Assembly: GCA_049976845.1 (NCBI GenBank)
Contig: JBMFHL010000001.1
Coordinates: forward strand, 43,435 to 107,434
Reading direction: 5' to 3'
Origin: Candidatus Micrarchaeia archaeon
GTDB lineage: Archaea; Micrarchaeota; Micrarchaeia; Micrarchaeales; CABMGC01
Length of the DNA stretch: 64,000 nt
Under the pieces are notes generated by a model, which was not told where the DNA came from, made no database searches, and saw only the letters and a list, made by a program, of their open reading frames with translations. Both the position numbers and the translations under genes were made by a program. Below, one piece after another: positions 39,603-49,489 of the stretch; the stretch's first letter is position 1; each line of letters opens with the position of its first letter.

Positions 39603-40166
39603 ATGGCAATTACATTGGTTGTAGTAGGTACTCCTGGTGCAGGGAAAACAACTGTACTTTCGAAGCTAAAGTTGGCAAAGGACATAGAAGTTATTGGCAT
39701 GGGCACAGAAATGCTCAAGTTTGCAAAAGGCATATTAAACAGAGACAAGCTCCGCTACTTGAGCATAGAAGAGCAGAAAAACCTCAGAAAAAAAGTGATA
39801 AATAGCATTTCAAGGAAAAGGGGGATAGTAATATTAGATACCCACTTGTCAATTAAGAATGGAAATCAATACTTGCCCGGTTTTTCAATATCCGAACTTA
39901 AAACGCTAAATGTGAAAGGCATACTTTATATAGATGCAAGCCCTTCCGAAATACTCAAAAGAAGGGCCAATGACAAAACAAGGGAAAGGGAACAAGATTC
40001 CCAAGAAGAGATAATTGAGCAGAAAGATGTAAACTTGGGCATAATATCAGCAAGTGCAATCGCGCTTAACATACCATTTTATATATTTCAAAACAGTAAA
40101 GGTAAATCAAGCGAGGTAGCTGATGAAATAGCTAAAGTAATAGCAAATACGCAAGATAGTGATTAA
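39603..40166 (+). CDS. adkA: Archaeal adenylate kinase
   Basis: GTPGAGKTT, RDKLR, DTH, YLPG. Confidence 0.92.
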   Translation: MAITLVVVGTPGAGKTTVLSKLKLAKDIEVIGMGTEMLKFAKGILNRDKLRYLSIEEQKNLRKKVINSISRKRGIVILDTHLSIKNGNQYLPGFSISELKTLNVKGILYIDASPSEILKRRANDKTREREQDSQEEIIEQKDVNLGIISASAIALNIPFYIFQNSKGKSSEVADEIAKVIANTQDSD

Positions 40167-40659
40167 AATGATCCTAGTAGCATTGTGGGTAGGAATAATA
40201 GCAGTTGCATATACCCTGCTTTCTTTTGTGCTCCAGCGCAAGCTTGCAAATATGAAAAAAGTATATGAGATGCAGGAAATAATAAAGGCAAAAACAAAGG
40301 AGCTTACTGAACTAACAAAAAAAGGCGTGCCCCCTGCAGAGCTTGCAAAAAAGCAGAAAGAAGTAATGTCACTGGCATCCGAAAGCATGATACATCAAAT
40401 GAAACCAATGATAATAATACTGCCATTATTCTTCATAGTTTTTTATCTCTTATTGCCATCATTGTTCCCTTCAAAGCCCATTATTGATGTTGGCACGTAT
40501 AAGCTTGCTTATACAACCTTTTTCATAATAATCGTATTTGTTTTGGGTATGATTCTTTCAATCAGTGTGCTGATAAGGGATAAAGCAAGAGCCAGGAAAG
40601 AAAAAATGACATTGCAGCAGCAAAGTGGCATTCAATCGCAAAGCAATGAGAATAAATAG
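40159..40659 (+). CDS. DUF106/EMC3-TMCO1 (Oxa1 superfamily) membrane insertase
   Basis: TM, coiled coil, QMKPM, two more TMs; conserved position between adk and L34e. Confidence 0.85.
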   Translation: MIKMILVALWVGIIAVAYTLLSFVLQRKLANMKKVYEMQEIIKAKTKELTELTKKGVPPAELAKKQKEVMSLASESMIHQMKPMIIILPLFFIVFYLLLPSLFPSKPIIDVGTYKLAYTTFFIIIVFVLGMILSISVLIRDKARARKEKMTLQQQSGIQSQSNENK

Positions 40660-40706
40660 TATTTTATATATATCCTTATTAAGAAATGGTTAAGCAGGTG
40701 CTTAAA

Positions 40707-41033
40707 TTGCCAAGACCAATGTATAGATCAAGAAACATGAGAAGATTAGCTAGAGTAACCCCCAGCAAAAAGAATGTGGTGCATTACAAGAAGAAGCAAA
40801 GCCAGTTGCCACACTGTGGCATATGCGGAAAAGAGCTTCATGGAATTTCGATAAAGAAAGGCTCCAAAGGCAAAACCCTTAGATCAAATTCAAGGATGTT
40901 CGGAGGTGTTTTGTGCGCAAACTGCACTGCAGACATAGTAAAGCTTGCAAGCAGGATAGAGCATGGGGAGTTGAGGCTTAATGACATAGGCATAAAGCAG
41001 AAAGAATTTGTCCTCCAGCTTATCTCGCATTAG
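40707..41033 (+). CDS. rpl34e: 50S ribosomal protein L34e
   Basis: PRPMYRSR, RVTP, CGICG, RMFGGVLCANC; TTG start after GGTG. Confidence 0.93.
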   Translation: MPRPMYRSRNMRRLARVTPSKKNVVHYKKKQSQLPHCGICGKELHGISIKKGSKGKTLRSNSRMFGGVLCANCTADIVKLASRIEHGELRLNDIGIKQKEFVLQLISH

Positions 41034-41041
41034 TTTTGCTT

Positions 41042-41599
41042 ATGCAAACAATAATAATTTCTGGGCTTCCAGCTGTAGGCAAAACTGTAGTTGCTGCCGA
41101 AGTCGCAAAGTCACTTAAAGTAAAAATGCTTAATGCTGGCGATCTTCTAGAAAAAGCATCCCCAGATGCATTGCATCATGGCACAGAATGGTGGGATACA
41201 AAAGCAGGCATAAAATTTCTTAAGTATAGGAGTGCAAATCAGGAATTTGACAGAACGCTCGACAGGAAGCTAGTAAATATAATAAAGAAGGGTAATTTGG
41301 TAGTAACAAGCTACACAGCGCCATGGCTCTCCTCCCAGGGCTACAAAGTCTGGCTGTCTGCAAGCTTGCAAACACGCGCAAGACGCATGTCTAAAAGGGA
41401 TAAAATAAGCATTTCAGAAAGCGAAAAGGTAATAAGGGAAAGGGACAAATATAATTACAAACTCTATATGAAGTTGTACGGAATAGAGTTCGGTAAAGAC
41501 AAGAGCCCTTTTAATCTTGTGATCAATACCAGCAGACTTTCAGTAAAGAAAGTTGCGGCAATAATACTAAAGCACTTCAGCGCTAATCAACGCCAATGA
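41042..41599 (+). CDS. cmk: Cytidylate kinase
   Basis: ISGLPAVGKT, KVWLSASLQTRARR, YMKLYGI. Confidence 0.88.
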   Translation: MQTIIISGLPAVGKTVVAAEVAKSLKVKMLNAGDLLEKASPDALHHGTEWWDTKAGIKFLKYRSANQEFDRTLDRKLVNIIKKGNLVVTSYTAPWLSSQGYKVWLSASLQTRARRMSKRDKISISESEKVIRERDKYNYKLYMKLYGIEFGKDKSPFNLVINTSRLSVKKVAAIILKHFSANQRQ

Positions 41600-41669
41600 T
41601 TGATTAATGTTTAATAATCTTGCAGATAAATTACTATAACCAAGCAATACATCGACAAAAGGTGTTATA

Positions 41670-41954
41670 ATGGCTTTAATAGAAATAGGAAGAGTATGCA
41701 TAAAGAAATATGGAAGGGACGCAGGCAGCAGGGCAGTCGTCACAAAGGTGATAGACAAGAATTTTGTAAACATAATCACAGCCCAAAGGCAAAAGGAACG
41801 CAGATGCAATATTAGGCACTTAGAATTCATAAGTGAAAAGGCTGATATAAGCAACAACGAGCAAATCGCAAAGGCGCTTGAGATACCTTCTTTAAAAACA
41901 GCCAAGAAGCAAGAAGAAAAGGACGAAAAGAAGACCAAAGAGAAGAAAAAATAA
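41670..41954 (+). CDS. rpl14e: 50S ribosomal protein L14e
   Basis: IEIGRVCIKKYGRDAG, RRCNIRHLE. Confidence 0.95.
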   Translation: MALIEIGRVCIKKYGRDAGSRAVVTKVIDKNFVNIITAQRQKERRCNIRHLEFISEKADISNNEQIAKALEIPSLKTAKKQEEKDEKKTKEKKK

Positions 41955-41990
41955 TAAAATCTAGTATACGAAAAACTAGCGAGGTGTAAT

Positions 41991-42473
41991 CTACCTTTTA
42001 ATACCTTTATATCTTTCTATGTCTACTTCTAGATCCAAAGGTCCGAAAGCAAGCGGCAGCAACTCACTTATCTTCTTTATAATTATTACGTCTCTTTTGG
42101 TGTTCGACATTATAACTTCAATATCAAAATCAGATAGCTGCGAGGCTTCAAATATTGATTGTCTGCATGCACCACAAGGGGCTGTAGGCTTATCTACATC
42201 GAAATTTTCACCTTTAGCTATGATTGCTATAGCTTTGAATCTTCTGTAACCCTCTGCATTTGCCTTAAGGAGTGCGGCCCTTTCAGCGCATATCGTATTG
42301 CCATAAGACGCATTCTCATAATTAGCACCGGTTATTATTTTACCATCTGCAGTAAGCAAGGCCGCGCCGACATAGAAATGCGAATACGGATTATATGCCT
42401 TCTCCATAGCCTCTTCAGCTGCATCCAAAAGCTTCACCTGATAGTCTTCAGGCTTTGTCTTAACATTTTTCAT
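41991..42473 (-). CDS. cdd: Cytidine deaminase (homotetrameric type)
   Basis: AYNPYSHFYVGAAL, ENASY, CAERAAL, PCGACRQ, LLPLAF. Confidence 0.95.
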   Translation of the reverse strand: MKNVKTKPEDYQVKLLDAAEEAMEKAYNPYSHFYVGAALLTADGKIITGANYENASYGNTICAERAALLKANAEGYRRFKAIAIIAKGENFDVDKPTAPCGACRQSIFEASQLSDFDIEVIMSNTKRDVIIIKKISELLPLAFGPLDLEVDIERYKGIKR

Positions 42474-42520
42474 AATATCCCCATATTCTCTAATTTTTCT
42501 ATTTTAATATCTGAGAGAAT

Positions 42521-42883
42521 TCCCCCAATATCGTTGGGGATCTGATTTCGCAACAAGTATACTTTTTCTTATCGTAATCCCTCTGACGACGAGTGATCGC
42601 GGCTTTACGCGACCGGATTTTCATCGCCGAAGTGAAGATATAAATAGTATAACTCGGGCAAAAAATAAGAATGTATCGGACTTCCAATACAATTTCGAGC
42701 ATGTTGTGCTTGTATCGAAGTACCTATTCAAAGTCTTCAAGAATCCAACGACGCAGAAAGTAGTCACAGATGCATTCAAAAATGCCGATGCAATACGGAA
42801 TACAAATACGAGAACTATCTTTTGGCGATGATTTTGCTCATATACACATGGTCGTGAAAGGTTTATAAGGGCGAAGCCCTTAT
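42521..42883 (+). mobile_element. Degenerate, internally deleted IS200/IS605 element
   Basis: Hairpins at 42521-42540 (CCCCAA/TTGGGG), about 42597-42612 (TCGCG/CGCGA) and 42865-42883 (ATAAGGGC-GAA-GCCCTTAT) flank a tnpA fragment. Confidence 0.7.
42670..42868 (+). pseudogene. tnpA: IS200-type Y1 transposase fragment, frameshifted and truncated
   Basis: Frame 1 ...HVVLVSKYLFKVFK...; after a shift near 42787, MQYGIQIRELSFGDDFAHIHMVV with HUH at 42839-42847; no catalytic Tyr helix. Confidence 0.75.
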
Positions 42884-43109
42884 GCCATACGTTTTTTGGT
42901 CTACACCTTTGCAACAACTCCAATATTCTCAACAACATAGGTAGCAGATCAACTATTTATCTTGTAATAAAACTAACCATAGAAATTAGTGTGATCCGTT
43001 CCTTCTTTCAGCAACCTCTTCTCCTGCCACTTTTTCCATTCAGAACAAATGGCATTATACTATTGTTCGCTTGGTATCGCCTTTTGCTGTGGTGTCTATA
43101 CCCAATAAA

Positions 43110-43140
43110 ATAGAAAGTATTTAATAATTCAACTTTCTAT
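43110..43140 (+). promoter_or_regulatory. BRE/TATA promoter enclosed by a 9-bp inverted repeat
   Basis: ATAGAAAGT-N13-ACTTTCTAT spanning GAAAG-TATTTAAT, about 30 nt before ATG 43149. Confidence 0.5.
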
Positions 43141-43148
43141 AAGCATTT

Positions 43149-44465
43149 ATGGATACTAAAATAACCTCTAAAATTAAAAGCATAATAGAGAGGGACAAGA
43201 AGGTAATAATGACCTCCACGAGAGAGAGCTATCCCTTTGTATCTGACCATGGCGATGGGGATTATATCTATGATATTGCAGGGAACAGATTCATTGATTT
43301 TTCGAGCTTCATATCCGTTTATAATCTAGGCGTAAATGCAAATAGGATGGTTAGGGATGCAGTCAAAAAGCAAGCAGACAAGCTTATGCACTCAGCATTT
43401 ACAGATTATTACTCAGAATTGCCTGTTGCCTTTGCAGAAAATCTAGTATCCATGTTTCCCAAAGGCTTTGGTAAGGTATTCTTCTCGAATTCGGGCACAG
43501 AGGCAAACGAAGCGGCAATAAAATTTTCTAGGATATTTACAAAAAGGCAGTATACAATATCATTTTACAACTCTTTCCATGGCAGGACCTTGGGTTCGCT
43601 CTCGCTAACAGCTTCAAAAAGCATACAGAGGCAAGGATTTGGCCCTTTCCCTAGCACCATACATGTACCTTTTGCATATTGCTATAGGTGCCCTTTCAAG
43701 CAGGAATATCCGTCTTGCGGGTTGGCTTGCTTGGACTATATAAAAGAATATCCGCTAGCCAAAGAAGTAAGCCCTGGCGAAGTGGCAGCAATATTCATAG
43801 AACCTGTGCAGGGAGAAGGCGGGTACATAGTACCTCCAAAAGACTTTATCAGAGGGGTCAGAAAGCTTGCAACTGAAAATGGCATCCTTCTAGTAGACGA
43901 CGAGGTGCAAGCAGGCTATATGAGAACCGGGAAATTCCTTGCCTTGGATAATTTCAGCGTAAATGCAGATATCTACACAATGGCAAAATCGTTAGGCGGG
44001 GGATTGCCTATAGGTGCAACCATAACAAGAAACTCCCTGGGCACTGTGCCCCCGGGATCGCATGCCAATACTTTTGGTGGCAACCTCATTTCTGTTGCAG
44101 CCGCGCAGGCATCGCTAAAGTATGTAAAAGAAAATCTTCGCATCATTGAACAAGGTGTTAAAAAGAAAGGAGCATATATAATGAAGAGGCTCAACGAGAT
44201 GAAATCACAATATGAGGTAATTGGAGACGTAAGGGGCATTGGCCTCATGATTGGCGTTGAGATAGTAAAGGATAAGAAATCGAAAGCGTATGGCATAGAA
44301 GAGCGCGAAGCTATAATAAACGAATGCTTCAAAAAAGGCTTGCTGCTGCTTCCAGCAGGCAAATCAACAATAAGGCTGATACCGCCATTAACAATGAGCG
44401 ATAAGAACATAGAGAGAGGTATGGACCTATTTGAGCATTCTGTGAAGAAAATTTCATCTAAATAA
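43149..44465 (+). CDS. Class-III PLP aminotransferase (ornithine/4-aminobutyrate type)
   Basis: NSGTEANEAA, FHGRT, EPVQGEGG, DEVQAG, AKSLGGGLP, HANTFGGN. Confidence 0.92.
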   Translation: MDTKITSKIKSIIERDKKVIMTSTRESYPFVSDHGDGDYIYDIAGNRFIDFSSFISVYNLGVNANRMVRDAVKKQADKLMHSAFTDYYSELPVAFAENLVSMFPKGFGKVFFSNSGTEANEAAIKFSRIFTKRQYTISFYNSFHGRTLGSLSLTASKSIQRQGFGPFPSTIHVPFAYCYRCPFKQEYPSCGLACLDYIKEYPLAKEVSPGEVAAIFIEPVQGEGGYIVPPKDFIRGVRKLATENGILLVDDEVQAGYMRTGKFLALDNFSVNADIYTMAKSLGGGLPIGATITRNSLGTVPPGSHANTFGGNLISVAAAQASLKYVKENLRIIEQGVKKKGAYIMKRLNEMKSQYEVIGDVRGIGLMIGVEIVKDKKSKAYGIEEREAIINECFKKGLLLLPAGKSTIRLIPPLTMSDKNIERGMDLFEHSVKKISSK

Positions 44466-47400
44466 ATTTGCTCAGGTTGAACTGCTTTGTCTCTGCCTCT
44501 GGCGCCTCTCCAAAAAGGCTGTTTATCTCTTCTTTAACCAGATCAAGCCTCTGCGTTATATATGGCTCCAGCTCATATTTTTTGCCCAATGAGATTGCTA
44601 GTTCAAGATACTTTTCTATACCGCCTTTTGATATTGTCAGTAAGAGCTTGCCTCCATCCTTCGGGCACTTGCCAGCAAGCGGCACCCTCCTATATTTTGC
44701 ATTGCACACGCTGCATCTGAAAGCTTGCCTTGAAAATGAATGCAAATTGCCTATGAGGTCAGGTATGAAATGACTTATTATAAGCCTTTTTGCAGCATCC
44801 CTCTTGTCAACGGAGTCAAGCATATCCATGAGCCTAAATTCCGCATCTACTTTCTCATGCATCGTCTTTAAAGTGGTATAAGTGCTTTTCTTCGGTGCAT
44901 CTGCGATTGCATGTTCTGAAGTGCCATGTGTGAAATTTAAATTGTAGAACCTGCTTCCATCGCTTAGCCTGTCTTTTACGAGTTCTACTTCGGCATCTCC
45001 AGGAGGAGAATAATTCATTGTCCTATTGTAAAAATCGATAGAGAACGAAGGTGCAACCTCCATAGAATGCACCTCGTCGTCAACCTCTTCTGGAAGGACA
45101 TGTAATGTAAGTATTAAAGGCGCATCCATAGTGCCTCCTATTGTAGTAGGAAGATATTCTTTTGAGAAATTCACAAGACCATCAAGTAGTAGCATTGAAG
45201 TGTCTTCATCGCCATCGCAGTTCCTCCTTCTTGCAGATATCATATATGGATGTGCAAAGCCAACGTTAGCATCACTGAAACCTATTATCCTTCCAAGCAC
45301 TCCGCACGAGGTATGAGGGGATAGTGTTATGACAAGCTGGCCTATCAAATCAGAAATGCTTGTTGCATTGTAAAATCTTTCAAGCCCATAGAAGCGTTCA
45401 AGCAGGTCATCTATGAAGTTCGCGACACGCAGCAGGTATTCCCCACCCCTCCTGTTTATTATAACATCCTGGTGCCTCATCTCAACTAACTGGCTTCCTT
45501 CAACAAGCTCCTTCCCATATATATCCTTATCATAGCCCAGCTCCCTGAGTTTTTCAACGCTAGTACCTATCTCGCTCGGATAAAAATGCGTTATAGGGGA
45601 GTCTGTCGCATCGAATCTCGATGTGCCATCTTTAAATATATAAACATTGTGAAGGCTCCTGAGTATGCCTTTCTCAAGAGGCTCAGCTATCCTGTCCCTG
45701 CTGAAAAGCCCTTTAACCCCTTTTAGAACATCAGGCAGCTTGCTTATGCGTAGGTTCTTCATCGAATTTGAAACAAGGTTCCTCAGGTCCACATTCCTCT
45801 CGCTGTGGCCAATCGTTTCGGATCCGCAAACCTCACACTTATAGCTCTCTGTATGTACTCCACATTTTGGGCATATTCTTTCTATAGATGCCTTGGCACC
45901 GCAGTCATAACAGTAAGATAAGTCGAGCGTCCTTTTGCACTTGTCGCACTTGTAGTTTGCGATGTCAACGTAAATGCCCTTGTTGCTGAATTTTTTCTCA
46001 TCCATCATGTACGCTTTTGTTATATTCCTCTCTTTGCCCCCATATTCGCCTATTGGGAAAAGTACATGCGGTGCAGGTTTCATTAACCTCTCCTTTGCCT
46101 TTTCCGGCCTGCCTATCCTGGCCCCTATATAGCTAGACCTTCTGGGTATCTTGAAAGGCGCCACTCCATTCACAAGCTCAAGAACCTTGCTGTAGTTTGC
46201 ATATCTGTCAGTAGAAATCTCGCTTACCTCAAGTTTTCCTTCTTCTCCGCTTGCAAATCCCAGCGAAGCAAGAAGGGATTTTGCAAAATCTCCATAAATA
46301 GCAATTTTATCATCTTGCATCTTGTGTGGCACTTGCAAAAGCTCAAGGTAGCGTTTTATGCCGTTTTGATACTCCAATATTATACTCTCAACTTCAAACA
46401 GCGAGCTGCCCGAAGCGAAGTTTATTTTTGAATTTCTTATTATTGCCCGAGCAACTTCTTCAAGTGCCTTAACATCAACTGCCTGAAACTCAAACAAGTA
46501 CTTAGGATAAATCGCTACGCCATATTTTAAAGAAATTCTATAAGCATCGTCAAAGCTAATCCCGTTTCCTATAACATTTTCATACCCTTTGCTTCTCAGT
46601 TCTTGAAGCCATAGTTCCTCAACATAACTGCTTGGTTGTAGAAGCGTGTTCGATTTCTTGAAGTCACCGTAAGTTATAAGTATGTCACCAAGCGAAATTA
46701 TCTCTTCAACTTCATTCTTCAGCAATTTAGCCGTATTGGCGTCATTTATGCGCAAAGCCTCTCCAGATTTAAGCTTTACGAAAGGCCCTTCTATAGAATC
46801 CACAGGGGCAGCGATACATCCCTTACCAGGCAGTTCCACCTTCAACTGAGTCCCTGTTGCAACGAAACTATCCAGCAATATCATTGTAGCGGGGCTGAAT
46901 CCCTTTGCCGCGATGCCTGTCAATCTGCTCCTGCCATACCTTAGTCGCAAACCTCCAATAAAGCCAGGATACGCTATTACCGGTCTGCCCGCAACAAGCT
47001 CTTCTAAAAAGACAGCCACCTTTTCTTCCCCTGCCTCGCTTTTTTCTATTTTTGTTACTTTTATGACGCTGTTGAGCCAGTCCCAGTCAAGCCCTGCGGA
47101 TTTTACCTCTTTCACAAGCTTCTTCGCCTTCTGCGCCACACCTTCGCAAAGGACTAGGGCAACGCCTCCCCTGACCCTGTTTGTGACAATAACTTCTTTT
47201 CCAGTAAATTCTCTTCTTTTTATGTCCCTGTGCACATTTAGTTCTATATCCTCTGTGGATACGCCATCCACACAGACGGGGCAGTTGCTTACAATCGACC
47301 TAAGGTCATCATCGCTAGGTCTATACTGGAGGTGCGCCTTCATGTGATAAAGTTCTACCTCTTCAACATATCTCTCCACCTCCTCCTGTGTTGGCTTATA

Positions 47401-47901
47401 AGCTCCTATATTGAAAAGTTTCCTTGCATAGTCTCCGAATGCAACCGATAGTGCAGCAGCAGTGCCACCCGCACCCCTTATGGGTCCAGCGTAAACTATT
47501 GATATATAATCCGAATTGTCTTGGTTCTTGTAATGTGAAACTCCTTGTATGCCTTCTGTTGGGGCAACAACAACGCCATCTGTTATTATAGACAGACCTA
47601 TTCTTACTGCAAGCTCTATCCTCTTTATATTGTCATACCTGTCAAACATCTTGTTCTCACAAACCTCTTTTACTATCTTGAATGCAAGAGCAGTCTTCTC
47701 CTTCCCATCATAATTCTTTCTTATTATCTCAGCAAGACCATCTATACCCATTATGCCTTCTACCCTGCTTGCAAGATCTGGGGCAGGCTTAATCTCTATT
47801 TCTTTTTTAGGGTCAAAGCCCTTCGCTTTAGCCGCTTTTGCAACTTCGAAAGCATCGTCGAACCTTTTTGTAAGATCTTTAAAATAATCATCATTATCCA
47901 T
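44458..47901 (-). CDS. polC: DNA polymerase D large subunit (DP2)
   Basis: AGPIRGAGGT, LRYGRSR, GRPEKAKER, FKDGT, RRNCDGDED, Zn fingers, C-terminal PIP-like QFNLSKF; no intein. Confidence 0.97.
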   Translation of the reverse strand: MDNDDYFKDLTKRFDDAFEVAKAAKAKGFDPKKEIEIKPAPDLASRVEGIMGIDGLAEIIRKNYDGKEKTALAFKIVKEVCENKMFDRYDNIKRIELAVRIGLSIITDGVVVAPTEGIQGVSHYKNQDNSDYISIVYAGPIRGAGGTAAALSVAFGDYARKLFNIGAYKPTQEEVERYVEEVELYHMKAHLQYRPSDDDLRSIVSNCPVCVDGVSTEDIELNVHRDIKRREFTGKEVIVTNRVRGGVALVLCEGVAQKAKKLVKEVKSAGLDWDWLNSVIKVTKIEKSEAGEEKVAVFLEELVAGRPVIAYPGFIGGLRLRYGRSRLTGIAAKGFSPATMILLDSFVATGTQLKVELPGKGCIAAPVDSIEGPFVKLKSGEALRINDANTAKLLKNEVEEIISLGDILITYGDFKKSNTLLQPSSYVEELWLQELRSKGYENVIGNGISFDDAYRISLKYGVAIYPKYLFEFQAVDVKALEEVARAIIRNSKINFASGSSLFEVESIILEYQNGIKRYLELLQVPHKMQDDKIAIYGDFAKSLLASLGFASGEEGKLEVSEISTDRYANYSKVLELVNGVAPFKIPRRSSYIGARIGRPEKAKERLMKPAPHVLFPIGEYGGKERNITKAYMMDEKKFSNKGIYVDIANYKCDKCKRTLDLSYCYDCGAKASIERICPKCGVHTESYKCEVCGSETIGHSERNVDLRNLVSNSMKNLRISKLPDVLKGVKGLFSRDRIAEPLEKGILRSLHNVYIFKDGTSRFDATDSPITHFYPSEIGTSVEKLRELGYDKDIYGKELVEGSQLVEMRHQDVIINRRGGEYLLRVANFIDDLLERFYGLERFYNATSISDLIGQLVITLSPHTSCGVLGRIIGFSDANVGFAHPYMISARRRNCDGDEDTSMLLLDGLVNFSKEYLPTTIGGTMDAPLILTLHVLPEEVDDEVHSMEVAPSFSIDFYNRTMNYSPPGDAEVELVKDRLSDGSRFYNLNFTHGTSEHAIADAPKKSTYTTLKTMHEKVDAEFRLMDMLDSVDKRDAAKRLIISHFIPDLIGNLHSFSRQAFRCSVCNAKYRRVPLAGKCPKDGGKLLLTISKGGIEKYLELAISLGKKYELEPYITQRLDLVKEEINSLFGEAPEAETKQFNLSKFI

Positions 47902-47911
47902 AATACCACTG

Positions 47912-49414
47912 TTATTCTATGTTTTTGAAATCTACAGTAGTGAGCCTCGAGCTTTTCATCTCGTATACAGGCATGAGTGCTGGAGAAGGCAGATGTCCCT
48001 GTTTTATCTGAAATGATGTCCTGCTTTGCCAGGTCCCACTGTTTACTACAAGCGTACCATGATAATCCATGGCGCCATTCTTATGTATATGGCCCATGTT
48101 AAGAATGTCTGGTACTTCATCTATAACAAGGGCGTCACTTTTAGTTGGGAGTATCTTGTTTCCGCCATATATTGGGGAAAGATGCCTCCTCTTGAGCAGC
48201 TCGGTCATAGCCACCTCCGGTTTTGCATAGCTGCATCCAGGTATCGATTGTATAACAGAATCTAAGGAGGTGCCATGATATGCAAGAATGTTTACCCCAT
48301 GCAATTTTATGTAGCTTGGATTAGTTACCAAATGCACATTATCCATTTTAAAATCATTTATGAGATCTTTGCCCAGTGCAGGCTGTGGTTCGGTGCTTTG
48401 CACCGCGTCATGGTTCCCAGCTAGGATAAAGGTGTGTATATAATCAGGCACCGAAGCAATAAAATCAAAGAATATTGAGTATTGCTTGTATATGTCAGAG
48501 ACTATAAGCTCCTTGTCCTGGTTTGGATATACTCCTATGCCATCAACAAGATCTCCGGAGATGACTAGATACTTTATCTTAGCAGCAAGTTCTTTCATAT
48601 AGTCAAGGTTGCCATTTAGCCATCTGAGCATCTGGCTGAAATTCTTCTCCATGAAAAGCTTGCTGCCAATATGAACATCAGATACAAAACCCACAGCGAC
48701 ATCCTCTTTGCTTGTCTTCCTGGGTCTTATGGGAATATCCGGCCAAAGGATTGCATTTGCGATAACAAATGGCCCAGAAACTTTACCCCGCACTGCGATT
48801 ATATCATCCTTTATTATCTTTTTTGCATTCTCGAAGAGGTCCTGTGTATGCTTAAAGCCCTCTTTCATGAAAATTACTTTTGCAGTGCCTGTTTCATCCT
48901 CTATTGTAACAAAGATGTTGTCATTCTTAGTAATTCTTTTATCATAAACCATGCCTATTATTGATACTTCCCTTCCATTTGCATACTCCTTAAGCTTGTC
49001 TATGCTGTTTATCCTACCATTGATTATATTGCCCCTTCCACTTTCTATTATCTCCCTAATTTTCCTAAACCTGTCATTTAAATAAGAAACGAAATCGTCA
49101 AGCCTGCCAGAGGTCCTCTCAATTGTGCTTTGCCTTATGCTAAAATTGCTCTCAAATTCCTTTGCCACGGGTTCAAAATCGCTTACTCTGTTAATCTCTA
49201 TCCTTATTGGGCTCTTCTCCTCTTTCATCTTCTCCAGAATCTCTGCGAGTGCCTGCTTTGTCAGTATGCCAGCAGTCTCGCTACCACCAAAATAATCAGT
49301 TATGTGCGCAATCAACGATTCGAAATCAGCATCAGCTATATCGCTCTCACTTATGTCTGAGCTTACTATGACACGACCACTGAGCCTATTTGCTAACTGT
49401 GTAAGAGTATCCAT
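47912..49414 (-). CDS. polB: DNA polymerase D small (proofreading) subunit DP1
   Basis: OB fold EDETG, SDVHIGS, GDLVDGIGVYPNQ, GNHD, YHG, RRHLSP, GHIH. Confidence 0.96.
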   Translation of the reverse strand: MDTLTQLANRLSGRVIVSSDISESDIADADFESLIAHITDYFGGSETAGILTKQALAEILEKMKEEKSPIRIEINRVSDFEPVAKEFESNFSIRQSTIERTSGRLDDFVSYLNDRFRKIREIIESGRGNIINGRINSIDKLKEYANGREVSIIGMVYDKRITKNDNIFVTIEDETGTAKVIFMKEGFKHTQDLFENAKKIIKDDIIAVRGKVSGPFVIANAILWPDIPIRPRKTSKEDVAVGFVSDVHIGSKLFMEKNFSQMLRWLNGNLDYMKELAAKIKYLVISGDLVDGIGVYPNQDKELIVSDIYKQYSIFFDFIASVPDYIHTFILAGNHDAVQSTEPQPALGKDLINDFKMDNVHLVTNPSYIKLHGVNILAYHGTSLDSVIQSIPGCSYAKPEVAMTELLKRRHLSPIYGGNKILPTKSDALVIDEVPDILNMGHIHKNGAMDYHGTLVVNSGTWQSRTSFQIKQGHLPSPALMPVYEMKSSRLTTVDFKNIE

Positions 49415-49489
49415 TATTCCCCCAAAGCTTATAATCCTGATAACTATAAATATGCAATGTAAGCTTTTTGGCTAATTAATTACAAAAAA

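Noticed and set aside
42499..42938. Minus-strand ORFs of 67 and 105 aa
   Set aside because: Antisense shadows of the tnpA remnant
42890..43100. Possible gene remnant on the minus strand
   Set aside because: Short interrupted frames with no recognisable motif
44458..47901. Inteins in DP2, PolB, GyrB or RFC
   Set aside because: Protein lengths are normal and no intein splice motifs were seen
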